DNA of 64,000 bases from Macrostomum lignano (taxonomy: Eukaryota): assembly GCA_002269645.1 (NCBI GenBank), contig NIVC01000075.1:128996-192995 (forward strand), given 5' to 3'. Position 1 is the first letter of the stretch. Each line of letters opens with the position of its first letter. The position numbers and the translations under genes are program-made. The notes under the pieces are model-generated. The model ran no database searches. It was not told where the DNA came from and was given only the letters and a program-made list of their open reading frames with translations. Below, piece by piece: positions 50,860 through 63,475 of this stretch.

Positions 50860-51118
50860 GAACTACCAAGAGGGGGGCCCTGACAATGTTTTTTTGCTGC
50901 GCCGGACTGAATACACTGGCGCTTATGGGAAAAATCCGACCTTCTGGCAAAATTGTCGAATATCTCGACGGTCCGAAGGGCTGGCAAATTGATTCTTGTT
51001 CGAAAAGGGGCGCAACTAAAAGTTAGCCTGTGTTCTTGAATTTCGTGTGCCTGCGTTGCTCCGTTCCGGCTCAGCAAAAAAATTGTCAGGGGGGATTCCC
51101 CCACTCTTGGTAGTTCGA
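50860..51118. mobile_element. Small foldback/MITE-like element with about 50-bp imperfect inverted repeats
   Basis: GAACTACCAAGAG..CCCTGACAAT..TTTTTGCTG.GCCGGA at about 50860-50910 is the reverse complement of about 51064-51117. Confidence 0.55.
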
Positions 51119-52227
51119 CGGGCGCAAAAATGGCTTGGTATTCCTACAGTCAATATAAGCGAGCAGAGACGGAAACAGGCGCAAACCAAGCACCAGGGTT
51201 TTGCTAAGAGGCGCCAGCACCGCCGCATTGCCCAGGAGCGCCAGCGCAAGGAACGCCAGCGCTAGGGGCACCAGAACCTTGTATGTCTCCCAAATAGCTT
51301 GTTGTGATTGTATAATTTTATTCTCTGGATAAAGCATTTCAGTTCAAGATATTGGGCCGTATGCAGAAAGCTCTGTCTAGGGTAGTCCGGTCTTGAAAAG
51401 CTAGTCTGGACTTGGATTTGATATGCAGAAACGCAAAGTCAGACCGGTCTACTATAGACAGAACTAGGGTAGCTAGACCATAGACTATAGACTGAACTAC
51501 CCAAGCCCGGACTAGCTAGTCTGGACTAAGCTTTCTGCATACGGCCCATTGACTATGTAGCTCTGGATTATCGGTAATCCATAATCTATATTTACGATAG
51601 ATTGAAATCTATGGAAAGAGGTAGATTCATGCCCGTTGCCAATGGTATGCGCTGCAGGATGTTGCAAGTCTGTATAAAAAATATGTTCCTGACATTTGGA
51701 CAAGCGCTTGTGAAATTCAATGTAAATTCAAAAAATTATCTTAATATTTATAGCGAAAGTGGGTGCTTGGAAAATTGATTTTAATATTGATATTTTATTC
51801 GCCGTGTTATCGCCTTGATTAGTATCCCTGAAAATTAACTTTGAAGGTATTGCTTAATCAAAAGCATAGGATTTACGTCAAAAATAAACAGATACATACA
51901 TTTTCTATAGGCACATACTAGCTAATAATTTTTATCCAAGTTTGATGAGACGCATCGGAGGCATTTGCTTTATGGCGATAATCGTTCATTATAGATAATC
52001 AGAAGAATGAAAAACTGTTGTTGGGAATCAGCGAGCTACAGGGCTAATGGATGATAATCATGCAGTGTAGTGTCGATAATAAATTAATGGTTCCCGTAAA
52101 TAGCTGCTAAAACGTACATGTAATCATGACTACTGTGAATATACTAGTCCTTCCTTCACATGGAAATCCACCGATCAATCCAGCTTGATTCGAGGGCTGC
52201 CATTCCGATCAGCTGACTGTCTGCCTG

Positions 52228-55200
52228 TCAGTTGGGGTTGTCGACCACCAGCACGGCCTCGCCGTCCTTGTCGATGCACTGGCAGTTTTCTCTCTCCTCG
52301 CCGTCGATATTTCTGCAGCGAAACGGCGCCGCGCCAATCGGCTTGCAGCTGAAGTCGGCAGCCACGCATTCTGGAATGGGCGAGTGGTGGACTGCCTAGC
52401 AACTGGATTGTTGCGGAGCTGGCCGGGTGCAGTGACTGAGGGAGGGCTGGCAGACATGCAGTGACTGAGGGAGGGCTGGCAGACATGCAGTGACTGAGAG
52501 AGGGCTGGCAGACATGCAGTGACTGAGGAAGGGCTGACAGACATGCAGTGACTGAGAGAGGGCTGACAGACATGCAGTGACTGAGGGAGGGCTGGCAGAC
52601 AGGCAGTGACTGAGGGAGGGCTGGCAGACAGGCAGTGATTGAGGGAGGGCTGGCAGACATGCAGTGACTGAGGGAGGGCTGGCAGACATGCGGTGACTGA
52701 GGGAGGGCTGGCAGACATGCAGTGACTGAGGGAGGGCTGGAAGACATGCAGTGACTGAGGGAGGGCTGGCAGACATGCAGTGACTGAGGGAGGGCTGGCA
52801 GACATGCAGTGACTGACGGAGGCCTGACAGACATGCAGTGACTGAGAGAGGGCTGGCAGACATGCAGTGACTGAGGGAGGGCTGGCAGACATGCAGTGAC
52901 TGAGGTGACTTGGAGCGGCGCTGGAAGGGACGAAGAGCTGTGCTCAGACACTTACTCTTAACTGAGGTTGGCAGGATTGTATTGCCGCTGGAGTCGCAGC
53001 GGAAGTCGTGGCACATGTTGGTCCAAGACTCGCCTTCCAGGTGGTCGCTGCCGTCAATCGGGTCGACGCAGGTGGCCTCTAAAAGTTTGGTTCGCATTAA
53101 GTGCATTTTGTAAGCTCAACTGAGCATGGTGCACTGAATATTTGAGTATTATTCTCCAGCAGTCCTATGACGGCTGGCGTTTGAGGCTACGGTGTCTTTT
53201 CATCGAGAGTCTTTCTTTGGGACTTAAAAGCAAACGATGAAAAAACTTTTGATTAAACCGTGAAATTCTTGGGCAACTCTTGAGCAACTCTCAAGTCTCA
53301 AGCTTTCAGGAAAATTGCACGTAGTATACTAGTATATCTGCATTATTGGTATTAAAGAGCATCACAATACACATGAAATATATAAAAATGAGAAAATGCA
53401 ACTTACTGCAACCATTACTTATTTCGTTTTTAAGATGCTTGATGCACGTTTTAACGGTGTCGTACTTGAAGTTTACAGTAGTGGTTTGCATTTTTTCAGA
53501 CAGACACGGCGAGATGGACTTGATCTGAACATCAGCTTCGCACAACTTCGGATTTGGCGGCCTCAACTCCATGCAAAGCCGAGCTGAGAAATTTAAAGCC
53601 CAATGCCTTAGCTGATCAAATTTGTTGAAAATGAAGAGGTTTCTGTCGGACTCTGGCGAGGTGATCATCTTCAGCTCGTCACTGTAGTTGCAGGATGTTG
53701 TGTAGTTGCTATGAGCACGGCACACTTATCGCATTTATAAAATAAATCAAAGGCGCACGGGGAGGGCCATAAACAAAGAAGTACAAAGTACAAGTACACA
53801 ACACTGAATAGTCAGGGCTCATAGAGGTGGGATATGTGAAATTCTGAGTCTTTAGTCTCATAGAGAATCGCTGACATACCAAAACTTAACGTGCTGATTG
53901 CTGAACTTTTTTGGCTCATGGAAGAATGACTAAACTGCTGTGACTTTCAGCAGGTTTAGAGTTAGTGCTTAGGATAGGGGTATTAGGCTCAGGGTTAGGG
54001 TTCAACCTTAAGAGAATCACCCTGCTAATCATTAAATGTTTATAGAGGAATCGCTCTATAATCATAGATACTCATAGGCTCATGAAGGAAATCGCTTGAA
54101 CTCTGCGGCTTAGGGGAATTGTTCACATGCTGAGGCTCATGGAAGGATTGCTGATATCCTAAACCCCCCTCGAACCACCCCCCCCCCCCGGAAAGCTAGC
54201 CCCCTAATTGTATTGGTTCGTGAGAAGATCGCTGAAATGCCAAAGCTCATTGGGGAGTGGCTTAAATCCTTTGGCTCATGGGGGTTTCACAGATGCTTTG
54301 AGCCAAAGCTCATAGGGGATCTGATATCTTAGTCTGGACAGTTGTCTTAATAACTTAATGATTGAAGGCTTTAAAAATTAATGTGGGGCGCAGATTTCTA
54401 GTTCAGTGCTAAATTTACCCCTTCATTGGAGCAAAGGAGAGTTGTCTTATATATTTATAAGTCCACTACAAACAGGTGTCCTTGGTGTGAAATAATAACT
54501 CACTTCATACTGCTTTAAACTTTTCATACGCATTTTAAAGCAGTATAGAAATAAGACATATAAAGTGGCTCGCTGGTTCACGTCAAATTGGCTGTCGACT
54601 ACTGTGCCATAAAGAGTGACACCGTGGTATTTAATATTTTTACATGTATATGATTTGTATACTTTTCAGCCAACCATTGGTGCTAATATCTTCTATCTAA
54701 TTTAAAGAACAAACTAAAAATTAGATCTTAACAAAGAGGCTCACAAATCTAAGTCGTCCGGGTCGCCGACTCCTACCGCATACAGCGTAACATTGTCGTT
54801 TTTTATATCCGACACTGCTTGAAACAGTACTTTGGCGTCGTTGCTCCCACCATCCGTGATGATAACGACGGCTTTGAAAACGTTTCTTCGGCCTTTTGAG
54901 TTAAAAAGCTTCTTGACTTCTTTGAGGGCGGAACCAGTGTTCGTGCCCCGAAACTCATACTTATCTAAAGTCTTGCTTTCGTCAACCTTTCTTATAATTT
55001 CGAAGACGTCGAACTCATCGCCAAGGTTTACAAGCATTTCTAGCAGATCCCTCACATGCGTTTTTGATCCTGAGTAAGACAAATAGCCATTGAAGGATAG
55101 CACGCCAATCCGAACATTTCTCTCTCCAATGTTTAGCGACCGGATTATTGCCTTCGCTGAGTCCACAACAGTGCTGTAGTGACTAAGAATGCTACCAGAT

Positions 55201-58200
55201 TTATCCAGCATTATCACCACATCTGCGACTTGATCTTTGCACTCGCTTGCTCTGACTGGAAAATAGACATCCTTGCAGACTGACTGACTGACTGACTGAC
55301 TGACTGACTGACTGACTGACTGACTGACTGACTGACTGACTGACTGACTGACTGACTGACTGACTGACTGACTGACTGACTGACTGACTGACTTGAGTGA
55401 GTGAGTGACTGACTGACTGACTGACTGACTGACTGACTGACTGACTGACTGACTGACTGACTGACTGACTGACTGACTGACTGACTGACTGACTGACTGA
55501 CTGACTGACTGACTGACTGACTGACTGACTGACTGACTGACTGACTGACTGACTGACTGACTGAGTGACTGACTGACTGACTGACTGACTGACTGACTGA
55601 CTGACTGACTGACTGACTGACTTGAGTGAGTGACTGACTGACTGACTGACTGACTGACTGACTGACTGACTGACTGACTGACTGACTGACTGACTGACTG
55701 ACTGACTGACTGACTGACTGACTGACTGACTGACTGACTGACTGACTGACTGACTGACTGACTGACTGACTGACTGACTGACTGACTGACTGACTGACTG
55801 ACTGACCTGAGTGAGTGAGTGAGTGAGTGACTGACTGACTGACTGACTGACTGACTGACTGACTGACTGACTGACTGACTGACTGACTGACTGACTGACT
55901 GACTGACTGACTGACTGACTGACTGACTGACTGACTGACTGACTGAGTGACTGACTGACTGACTGACTGACTGACTGACTGACTGACTGACTGACTGACT
56001 GACTTGAGTGAGTGACTGACTGACTGACTGACTGACTGACTGACTGACTGACTGACTGACTGACTGACTGACTGACTGACTGACTGACTGACTGACTGAC
56101 TGACTGACTGACTGACTGACTGACTGACTGACTGACTGACTGACTGACTGACTGACTGACTGACTGGCTAATTGACGAATGAGTGACTGACTGGCTGACT
56201 GACTGGCATTAGTTGGAAGAACAGGAAACTCACAGCAATTCACTTTGTGCTTCTCCTCATATGTCACGCACGACTGTTTCTTTCGGTCGAGAAACTGCAG
56301 CGTCTCAACGATTTCCGAATTGCCGTCAGCTTGGCATGAGCCAATGCTTCGCTCCATCTTGTAGCAGGAATGTTTCTCGGCTGCAAGTGTTTGCTGGTGT
56401 ACTTTACTCCAGTGTTGCCTTATTGTATATAAATTGATTATATATATGACTTTATTTGAACATCAATGATTGTAAATAGATGAAAGTGAAAGTAGATATG
56501 CAATTAGTGGTTTGGTATGGTATAGTTGAGGTAGGTGCGCTGTGTGGGTGGGAACACCGCAAGATTAGGGTGGGGGCGTGAATTTAGGGGCACCGTGAGG
56601 GCAGCGGTACTGTGTGGGCTGTCACAGGTCGCTGTGGTGTTTTAAAAGTACTGTACGCTAGTACTGTACTGTACGCTCTATCTTGCTGCAGGACTGCTTC
56701 TCGACTGGAAACGGCAAATGTTTAGATAATGTTTTTACCTGGTTTTGGAGCAGTCTTAGTGAAGAATGAATTTCGTTGTGAGCTTACTGGAAGCATTACG
56801 AGCGTAGTGCAATTTAAAGAGTTACAAGTAATATCAGGTGTTGCATATCATAGCAACGTGTTTCTCGGGATTATTCGCAGATCAAGAATATTCGCTAGGA
56901 CATCAGCCTAACGCTGTAAACTTTACATTCGCTACATCTCGCCGTAGTTTAGGGCCAAATGAGTTTCAACTCATTACTACACTACTGTACGCTCGAGTTC
57001 TATGTTTTATCCCGAGGTAAAAAAAAACACATGCATGCTGCTTTCTGTTCTGGACTGACCTGACCCCGTAGCTTTCTTCTCTCATCCCACCTTGAAAAGC
57101 AATGTTTTACTAGTGATTTATAACCAGTGGTCGACTGTTAAGAGCTTCTAAATAGCAGCTACGCAAAATAAGCACGTTACCGTAAAATTTTAACCAGTGC
57201 TTCTTTAAATTGAGTTTCATCAGACCACAGGTGTCCAATTGCTAGTGGGACAAATTAGCTCGTGGCTAAGAATAAACTAACACTTAAGATTGTAACAAAG
57301 TGCCACTGGACTGATCTGAGGTTGCTTGAGGGTGTAGGGTTGCGTGGGAACGTTGACTTTGCTTAAGTAGCTAGTATATGCACATCATTAATTGTTCTTC
57401 CTCGCGTGTACGTGTATCGTGTGTACTAATGTACGTCGTGCCTATTAAATATATATACGCGTGCGCTAACTAGCAGTCGCTCAAGTTTTTCTCGAGAAGT
57501 TCTAACTTACTCAACCAGTGGAGTCCGCGTGAGTTATTACAGAGATAAAGTTTACAACAGGCGGACAGTAAAAGTTGTAATCGATCGATGGTGAACCTAG
57601 GCAAGGGCCAAACTGGAGGGCCAGGAGAGCGCCAAAGTGGAAAGTCGGGAGATGGTGAACCTAGGCAAGTGCCAAACTGGAGGGCCAGGAGAGCGCCAAA
57701 GTGGAAAGTCGGGAGAGGGTGAACCTAGGCAAGGGCCAAACTGGAGGGCCAGGAGAGCGCCAAAGTGGAAAGTCGGGAGATGGTGAACCTAGGCAAGGGC
57801 CAAACTGGAGGGCCAGGAGAGCGCCAAAGTGGAAAGTCGGGAGATGGTGAACCTAGGCAAGGGCCAAACTGGAGGGCCAGGAGAGCGCCAAAGTGGAATA
57901 TCGGGAGATGGTGAACCTAGGCAATGGCCAAACTGGAGGGCCAGGAGAGCGCCAAAGTGGAAAGTCGGGAGATGGTGAACCTAGGCAAGGGCCAAACTGG
58001 AGGGCCAGGAGAGCTCGCCAAAGTGGAAAGTCGGGAGAGGGTGAACCTAGACAAGGGCTGTCGCCCACCAAGGCCATTAGGCCATAAGTTTCGGTACAGC
58101 GCTCGGGAAGAGATTCTCGCGCGTTCAGCCAGTCGGAACAGTAAACGTGCTTATTTGTAGCTGATTCAGTGGATAGATGACATTCTGATGTTACAACCAC

Positions 58201-61200
58201 GCAGCGTGCTCAGCGGGTACGATCCGGGAAGAGAGTACACAAGGCACACGGAGCTCGGCCTTCAGCACCTCTATCTCGCAACTCTTTAGCGGGTTTTCAC
58301 CTACCAGTACCGCGCCAACGCTGTCACAGGACACTTTGGTGCTAACAGTACCTAAAAATAGCTGTTTATACTTCGTTGCATCAAAAGAGCAAGCGGCTGT
58401 TACGAAGCAGTGTCCAGTTTTTAAAGCTGCCCCGACCCGGAATTTCGTTCACATAGTTTCACAGTTAACTCGGACAATCTAGTTGATCAAACGATATTGG
58501 GCCAGAGTCACTTCCAGGCCTAGATGATACCTCGGCTTAGGGGCACTCTGTTCTGGCCTCATCCTTGCCTCTAGGGTCCTTGCCTATCCAGTCATTCTTT
58601 CCATAAAAATCTGTTGACAATAGCTCGTATCACCACAAGAAGTACTTTTGTGGGCAAACGCGTCTTCAAAATTGCACTGTAATATACGTGAACCGCAATA
58701 AATTAACTAATAGACCAACTAAATGACAAGACAGTTAATGGTCCGCCTTTATTAGTAGTGCCTCGTGTGCTGGTTTACTTTCTACTTCAAGTACATGTTA
58801 AACTACTCATATTTGCAATTTACGCTCGTACAAGTATACTGGGAATTTTATGCAAATCAGAAAACTTTTCATTTTTTCCAACCCTAAGGCCCAAGAAGTC
58901 TTTGCGTTTGAGTAAAAATTGAGCCCTCAGAGAGAAAGAAATCAGCAAATGGAGTAACTCACCGCAAGACTGAAATGATCGAGCAATCTGCTGTCTGCAG
59001 ACTTCCATGCCAGATGAAGTGAAAGCACTGTCGTTTACCGTTAATACGTGCTGCGACTTTCCAAAGCAAGTTTCACGCTTCACAGTCCGACCCGAGCTTT
59101 TGCAGGCTGGCTTCGGGCAAACTTTGTTGTTTAGCGACTTGGCGGACTCCATAGCCTTGTTTGTGTTCTTGAAGAGCAGGTAGTTGGTTCCAAAAATGGC
59201 CTTCAGTTCGTGGCTAAAATTTATTTTGCCGACAAGATGCAAGCTAAATCATCATGTTATATTATCCACTATGTCAGGATGTAATTCAACCCACTTATAC
59301 AATCGAATTTAAGTTTAAATAAGCTATTCTAGGTACTAAGCCACAAATGGGTGTTCAACTTGAGTGCCAAAACTACGCTCGCACAAATGCTGGGTGCAAG
59401 TCCCTGGTCCCTGGCCCGCCAAGTACTTTAGTGCCCAACATTCAATAGATGTTTGTGAGAGCGGAGGACACTTACGGAAGTAGTTGTCGTTACGGGGCTT
59501 TTAGGACAAAAATATAGCCTATCCCCTTAGATCAACATCTACTATACGCTCGTATCTACGCTCGTATTCATACATAATGCTCTTATAATTATATTTAAAA
59601 TTAGCTAGCCAATGCAATACTTACTGCCATCTCATGTAAGGGCGATAAAATAGACAACCACCCCTTCCCGTCTAGGACAGCAAAAAAATCAACATCTATC
59701 TATTGGTCATTGTTCATTGGTCATTGGTATCATTGATAAGTAGTTTGCTTCTTCTATTGACACTATCTATTTAATAAACATTAATTTTTCCACATATTAA
59801 GCTGCACATTTGTAAAGCATACACTCTTTGACATGCTAATTTGAAAAGAATAGAGAAATTTGGCGGGAAAAATTCATAGCGGTATACAGGCAGGCCTTTT
59901 AAATATCACTTTTTTCAGAAATGATATCAGCACTCAAATGACAGATGCAGCCATTGGGGCATGCATTGGTCAGTACCTGCTAGATGCAAATCAGCGACTT
60001 GCGAGAAGGAATGAAGTGGAACAGTGACGCAACTGTGACGTTGCCAGTTTAAGGTGATCCCGCAAAAGGGCCGTTGGACTACAATTTCACTACAATTTCT
60101 CATTTAAAATTCTCCAATCTTGTATTCTCACGTTTACTTGTAGTAGCGCCCAGCGAATCTGTATCAGTTGCTAAATCACTGCGTACTTTGTAATCTTTGC
60201 GTACGTTTGTAGAATCTCGCGCGATCGATAATTTCTGTTTCTTGTTTTTCCCTCGCCAGCCAATGAAAACTCTCCGCATATATTATGCTAACCCTCCTGC
60301 GCTCCTTGATTAACCCCGCCTGGCGGCGGGCTGGGGGTTTTCACGCTCTTCCCCTCGTCGCTCGCTTTTCCTTTTGGTTTCTCCCTTCCTTGCCTTTCCT
60401 TCTCTCTCCTTATTTCGCACTGGGACTGGGACGCACTGGGACCGCTGATTATTTATCCATCGTGTGCTTGTCTATCATTTTACATGTAATTTTGAGTTCG
60501 AGTGAAGTTGAAATAATGATGCCCTTAGCCATCTTTTCTAGCAAAGAAATATTTCAAGCTATTCTACTTGTATTTGATAGTTTGTTTTATGGCTTAGGAA
60601 ACTTCCAACCAACCTTTAGTAACAGCAGATAGATTAAAATAGCATTTAAGGCCACGAGGCAATGTTCCTCTTTCGTTCGTTAAATCAATTTTTCGTTTGA
60701 GCACGAACAGTACTAACTTAAAACGACAAAAAAGATAACAGCATGTCGTGGAAACCTTCGTCAGCATTTAGAAAAGCATGAAATTGAAATCGCGCCAAGG
60801 CGAGCGAGCTCCCGCATTGTGAAATTAATGTTGCACAGCTCCAGTGCGGGACGCACTTGCCCAGGGGGTTACTTTAAATGAAGGTGCTGCAGGGCGACCA
60901 GTCATGTCGTTGAATATAATTGTATGTTTTTAAGCAGTAGCTGACTTATAAATTATTTTCTTCGTACCCCTTCTAGTTTTCTAGTGATATCACCGCAGTT
61001 TTAACCATAGACAGTTGCTAAAAGACAGTTGTTGCTTTACTTTCTTACACGCCTTGGCGCGATTTCAATCTCATGCTCTTCTAAATGCTACGAAGGTTTC
61101 CACGACATGCTGTTATCGTTTTTTGTCGTTTTTTAAGTTAGTACTGTTCGTGTTCAAACGAAAAAGTAATTTAACGAATGAAAGAGAAAAATTGCCTGCC

Positions 61201-62072
61201 ACGGCACGAATACTACATGAAAATGAATACGGCATCAATACGACATTGCGACATACATGCGATGTAAAAACATCACGTTGTGCGGGACGACGTCGTTTCG
61301 ACGTCGTTTCTCTCAGTGGGTGGGGTTGGTTTATCCTTCAAATAAACTTTCTGGCTGCACCATTATTAAAAAAAGTTGCTTTTTAACGGATGATAAAACT
61401 GTGCTATAAAGACTTTCAGCGTTCAGGCATCAACTGAAACTATATATAGCTATGAAAACAAATTGTATGTGAGCTAAAGAAAAAAAAAACAATAAAATTT
61501 AATCACCTGTTCCACAATCCACCGATTCCGATTGCGTGCACTGCGTTTCCCGTCAACTTCAGGACTGCGACTTCCGACTTAATCGAAGCCAGTTCCGCGT
61601 CGCTCGATCCCGTTATTCTCTCAGCGCACTGCCTGTCCTTTACCAGAGCTAAGAGTCTTGGAGTCGGAGCAGCCCTGGCCTTGTTGAGCACGGACTCCCG
61701 AGCCAGCTTGATGCCCTTCGAGATTTCGGCTCGTTCGGAACTCATCGTCAGCCTGTCGACCGCGGAGTTGAAGTCCGACAGAGACGTCAGGTCGTCGAAG
61801 TTGGCGAGAACCTGCGCAGTCTGCGACATGCCGATCAGAGCCAGTCGAGTTTTTGTGGGACCGATTGGAAATTTAGAGACCAAGGCCTTCACCTCTGAGA
61901 GCAGCCTGTCGAACTGTGTTTGAGAGCATGAAGACGATGTGTCCACTGCGACCACCAAGTCCAGGTTGATGCAGGGGCTTGTCGAGCAGCTGAGCTCAAT
62001 CTGATGCACCAGTATTAAGAGAGCAATGACAGACAGAACCTTCCAGCATCTTGGATAAGTGTTGGAGAGCAT
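52228..62072 (-). CDS. Secreted protein with two von Willebrand A domains and Cys-rich modules, 671 aa; join(62072-61507, 59213-58963, 56380-56234, 55255-54745, 53681-53407, 53078-52956, 52370-52228)
   Basis: Signal peptide; VWA1 DLVVAVDTSSS; VWA2 DVVIMLDKSGS..TNTGSAL..ITDGGS..YAVGVG. All 6 introns are GT-AG with matching phases (2,1,1,2,1,1); total 2016 nt. Confidence 0.85.
52420..52910. repeat. 29-bp minisatellite (GCAGTGACTGAGGGAGGGCTGGCAGACAT)n filling the last VWA-gene intron
   Basis: Tandem periodicity. Confidence 0.95.
53815..54330. repeat. Degenerate repeat (GCTCATAG/GG..AATCGCTGA motif) with a GGGTTAGGGTT patch; MITE-like
   Basis: Motif recurs about 8 times; GGGTTAGGGTT near 53992. 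Confidence 0.5.
55277..56210. repeat. (GACT)n microsatellite, about 930 bp, filling VWA-gene intron 3
   Basis: Direct. Confidence 0.97.
57587..58055. repeat. 64-bp tandem repeat, about 7 copies
   Basis: GATGGTGAACCTAGG recurs at 57587, 57651 and onward. Confidence 0.95.
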
Positions 62073-62779
62073 TTCGATTTGTGAGCCGATTATTAAAGTG
62101 TAAGCTACGCTTTTCTTTCACAGCTAAAACTCTATGAAGTATCGCTTAAGCTGGTCCCTTTGACTTTCGTACTTATATTGAAGACTTTGGTTCGTTTGTC
62201 TTTGGCAGAAGCTCCTTTCAGTGTTACAGAAACGCGTCTCACTGTACCTAAGCAAGTGAAATATTTACTGCCATAAACAACTAAAGTTTTTACATACCCT
62301 TTGCGCTTGAATTCTGAGCTTTAAATTGACAGTGTAAGAAATTAAGTAGTTTTTTTGCAAATCAAATTTCTGCTATAATGCAGATGTTCAGGGCCCGATC
62401 CATGCTCGAAATGCTGGTCTGCTATTAGTATAGATGGCTTTTGTTGTTGTTGGGGGAGAGAGCTTGTCTCGCCTGGGATCAGCCTAGGGAAAAGCTCTAC
62501 CGCGGGGGTATTTAAGAAGTTTGCAAAAATCACTGGCCTGAAAATGCACCACTGAAACGAATTAACCGCCATACACGCCCCATCGACCCACCCGCAATTT
62601 TAAAGATTTTTCATTGACTTCCCTGCGTCAGACTGTCTCAAGTAAGTATGAATGGTTGTGTACTTAGTGTACTTACTAAGTTGTATCAGCCTGTTTCAAA
62701 TATTTTAGGACGCTCTAGAGATGCTGGTCGGCGAGGCGTGCTGTTGGTCGACAGAGCTAGGGCCCCTGATGAATTGACT

Positions 62780-63475
62780 GCCTTCCTACTGTTAAGTCCT
62801 CCGTTCGAGTTAAGAGCGACTTCACAGTCTTGGCGTATCGGCGCGATGTGCTTGTAAAAATTTATCGTCAAGGTCATGGAGGCTGCTATTACATATCAGT
62901 GGATCAGATTATGGCCAGTGCTCGCCTCCGCCGCATACAGCTCTATGCGCAACTTTACGCTTCGCCACCAGATCACTCGCCATCCGCATGTTGTCAGCAT
63001 GATGTCACCGATGAAGAGACTGTCAGTTTTGACGAGTTAAGTTTATCCGTTGCTCGAATTTCTACCGAAGAAAGCCTCTCTTTACTACATTTGTGGCTAC
63101 GTTTCCCACAAAGAAAATTTGCCTGACCGAACAATTGCAACAAGTTTGCCTGGTCTGGATACTTCCACTGCTTGTAGTGAGTTCACTACGCTTGTATCTC
63201 GAGGGAAACTGAGCCATCCGCCTGAATGGTTAGTTGTCTTTGCCTGCTTCTGTTATGCCCATTCTCTTGGTTCTGGGCAGCGTTGTGTTAGCAGTTCCGT
63301 GCTTGTATTTGAGAAAATCTTCGAAATTTTTTTGATGTTCAACTGGACCGAGATCTGCTGCGTGGAGTGTCTCGAAGACTGGCCAACTCCATCTATAAAG
63401 GCATGGTGCGCAGAGATTCCGAGACGTCCAGACAATCAACCACCGTTTGCTCTCGCCGACTCCGCAAACTGAAGC
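62780..63475 (+). pseudogene. Frameshifted P-element/THAP9-like transposase C-terminal remnant
   Basis: IYRQGHGGCYYISVDQIM, then in another frame SLYYICGYVSHK...SEFTTLVSRGKLSHPP. Both resemble motifs I recall from P-superfamily transposases; not verified by search. Confidence 0.55.

Noticed and set aside
51086-51337. Signal-peptide-like ORF (VLVPLALAFLALALLGNAAV)
   Set aside because: It derives from a degenerate CGCCAGCGC repeat next to a foldback element and has no consistent splice partners.
57853-58200. Possible extra Cys-containing exon of the VWA gene
   Set aside because: There is no convincing acceptor or donor, it runs into the 64-bp repeat, and the flanking exons already join in phase.
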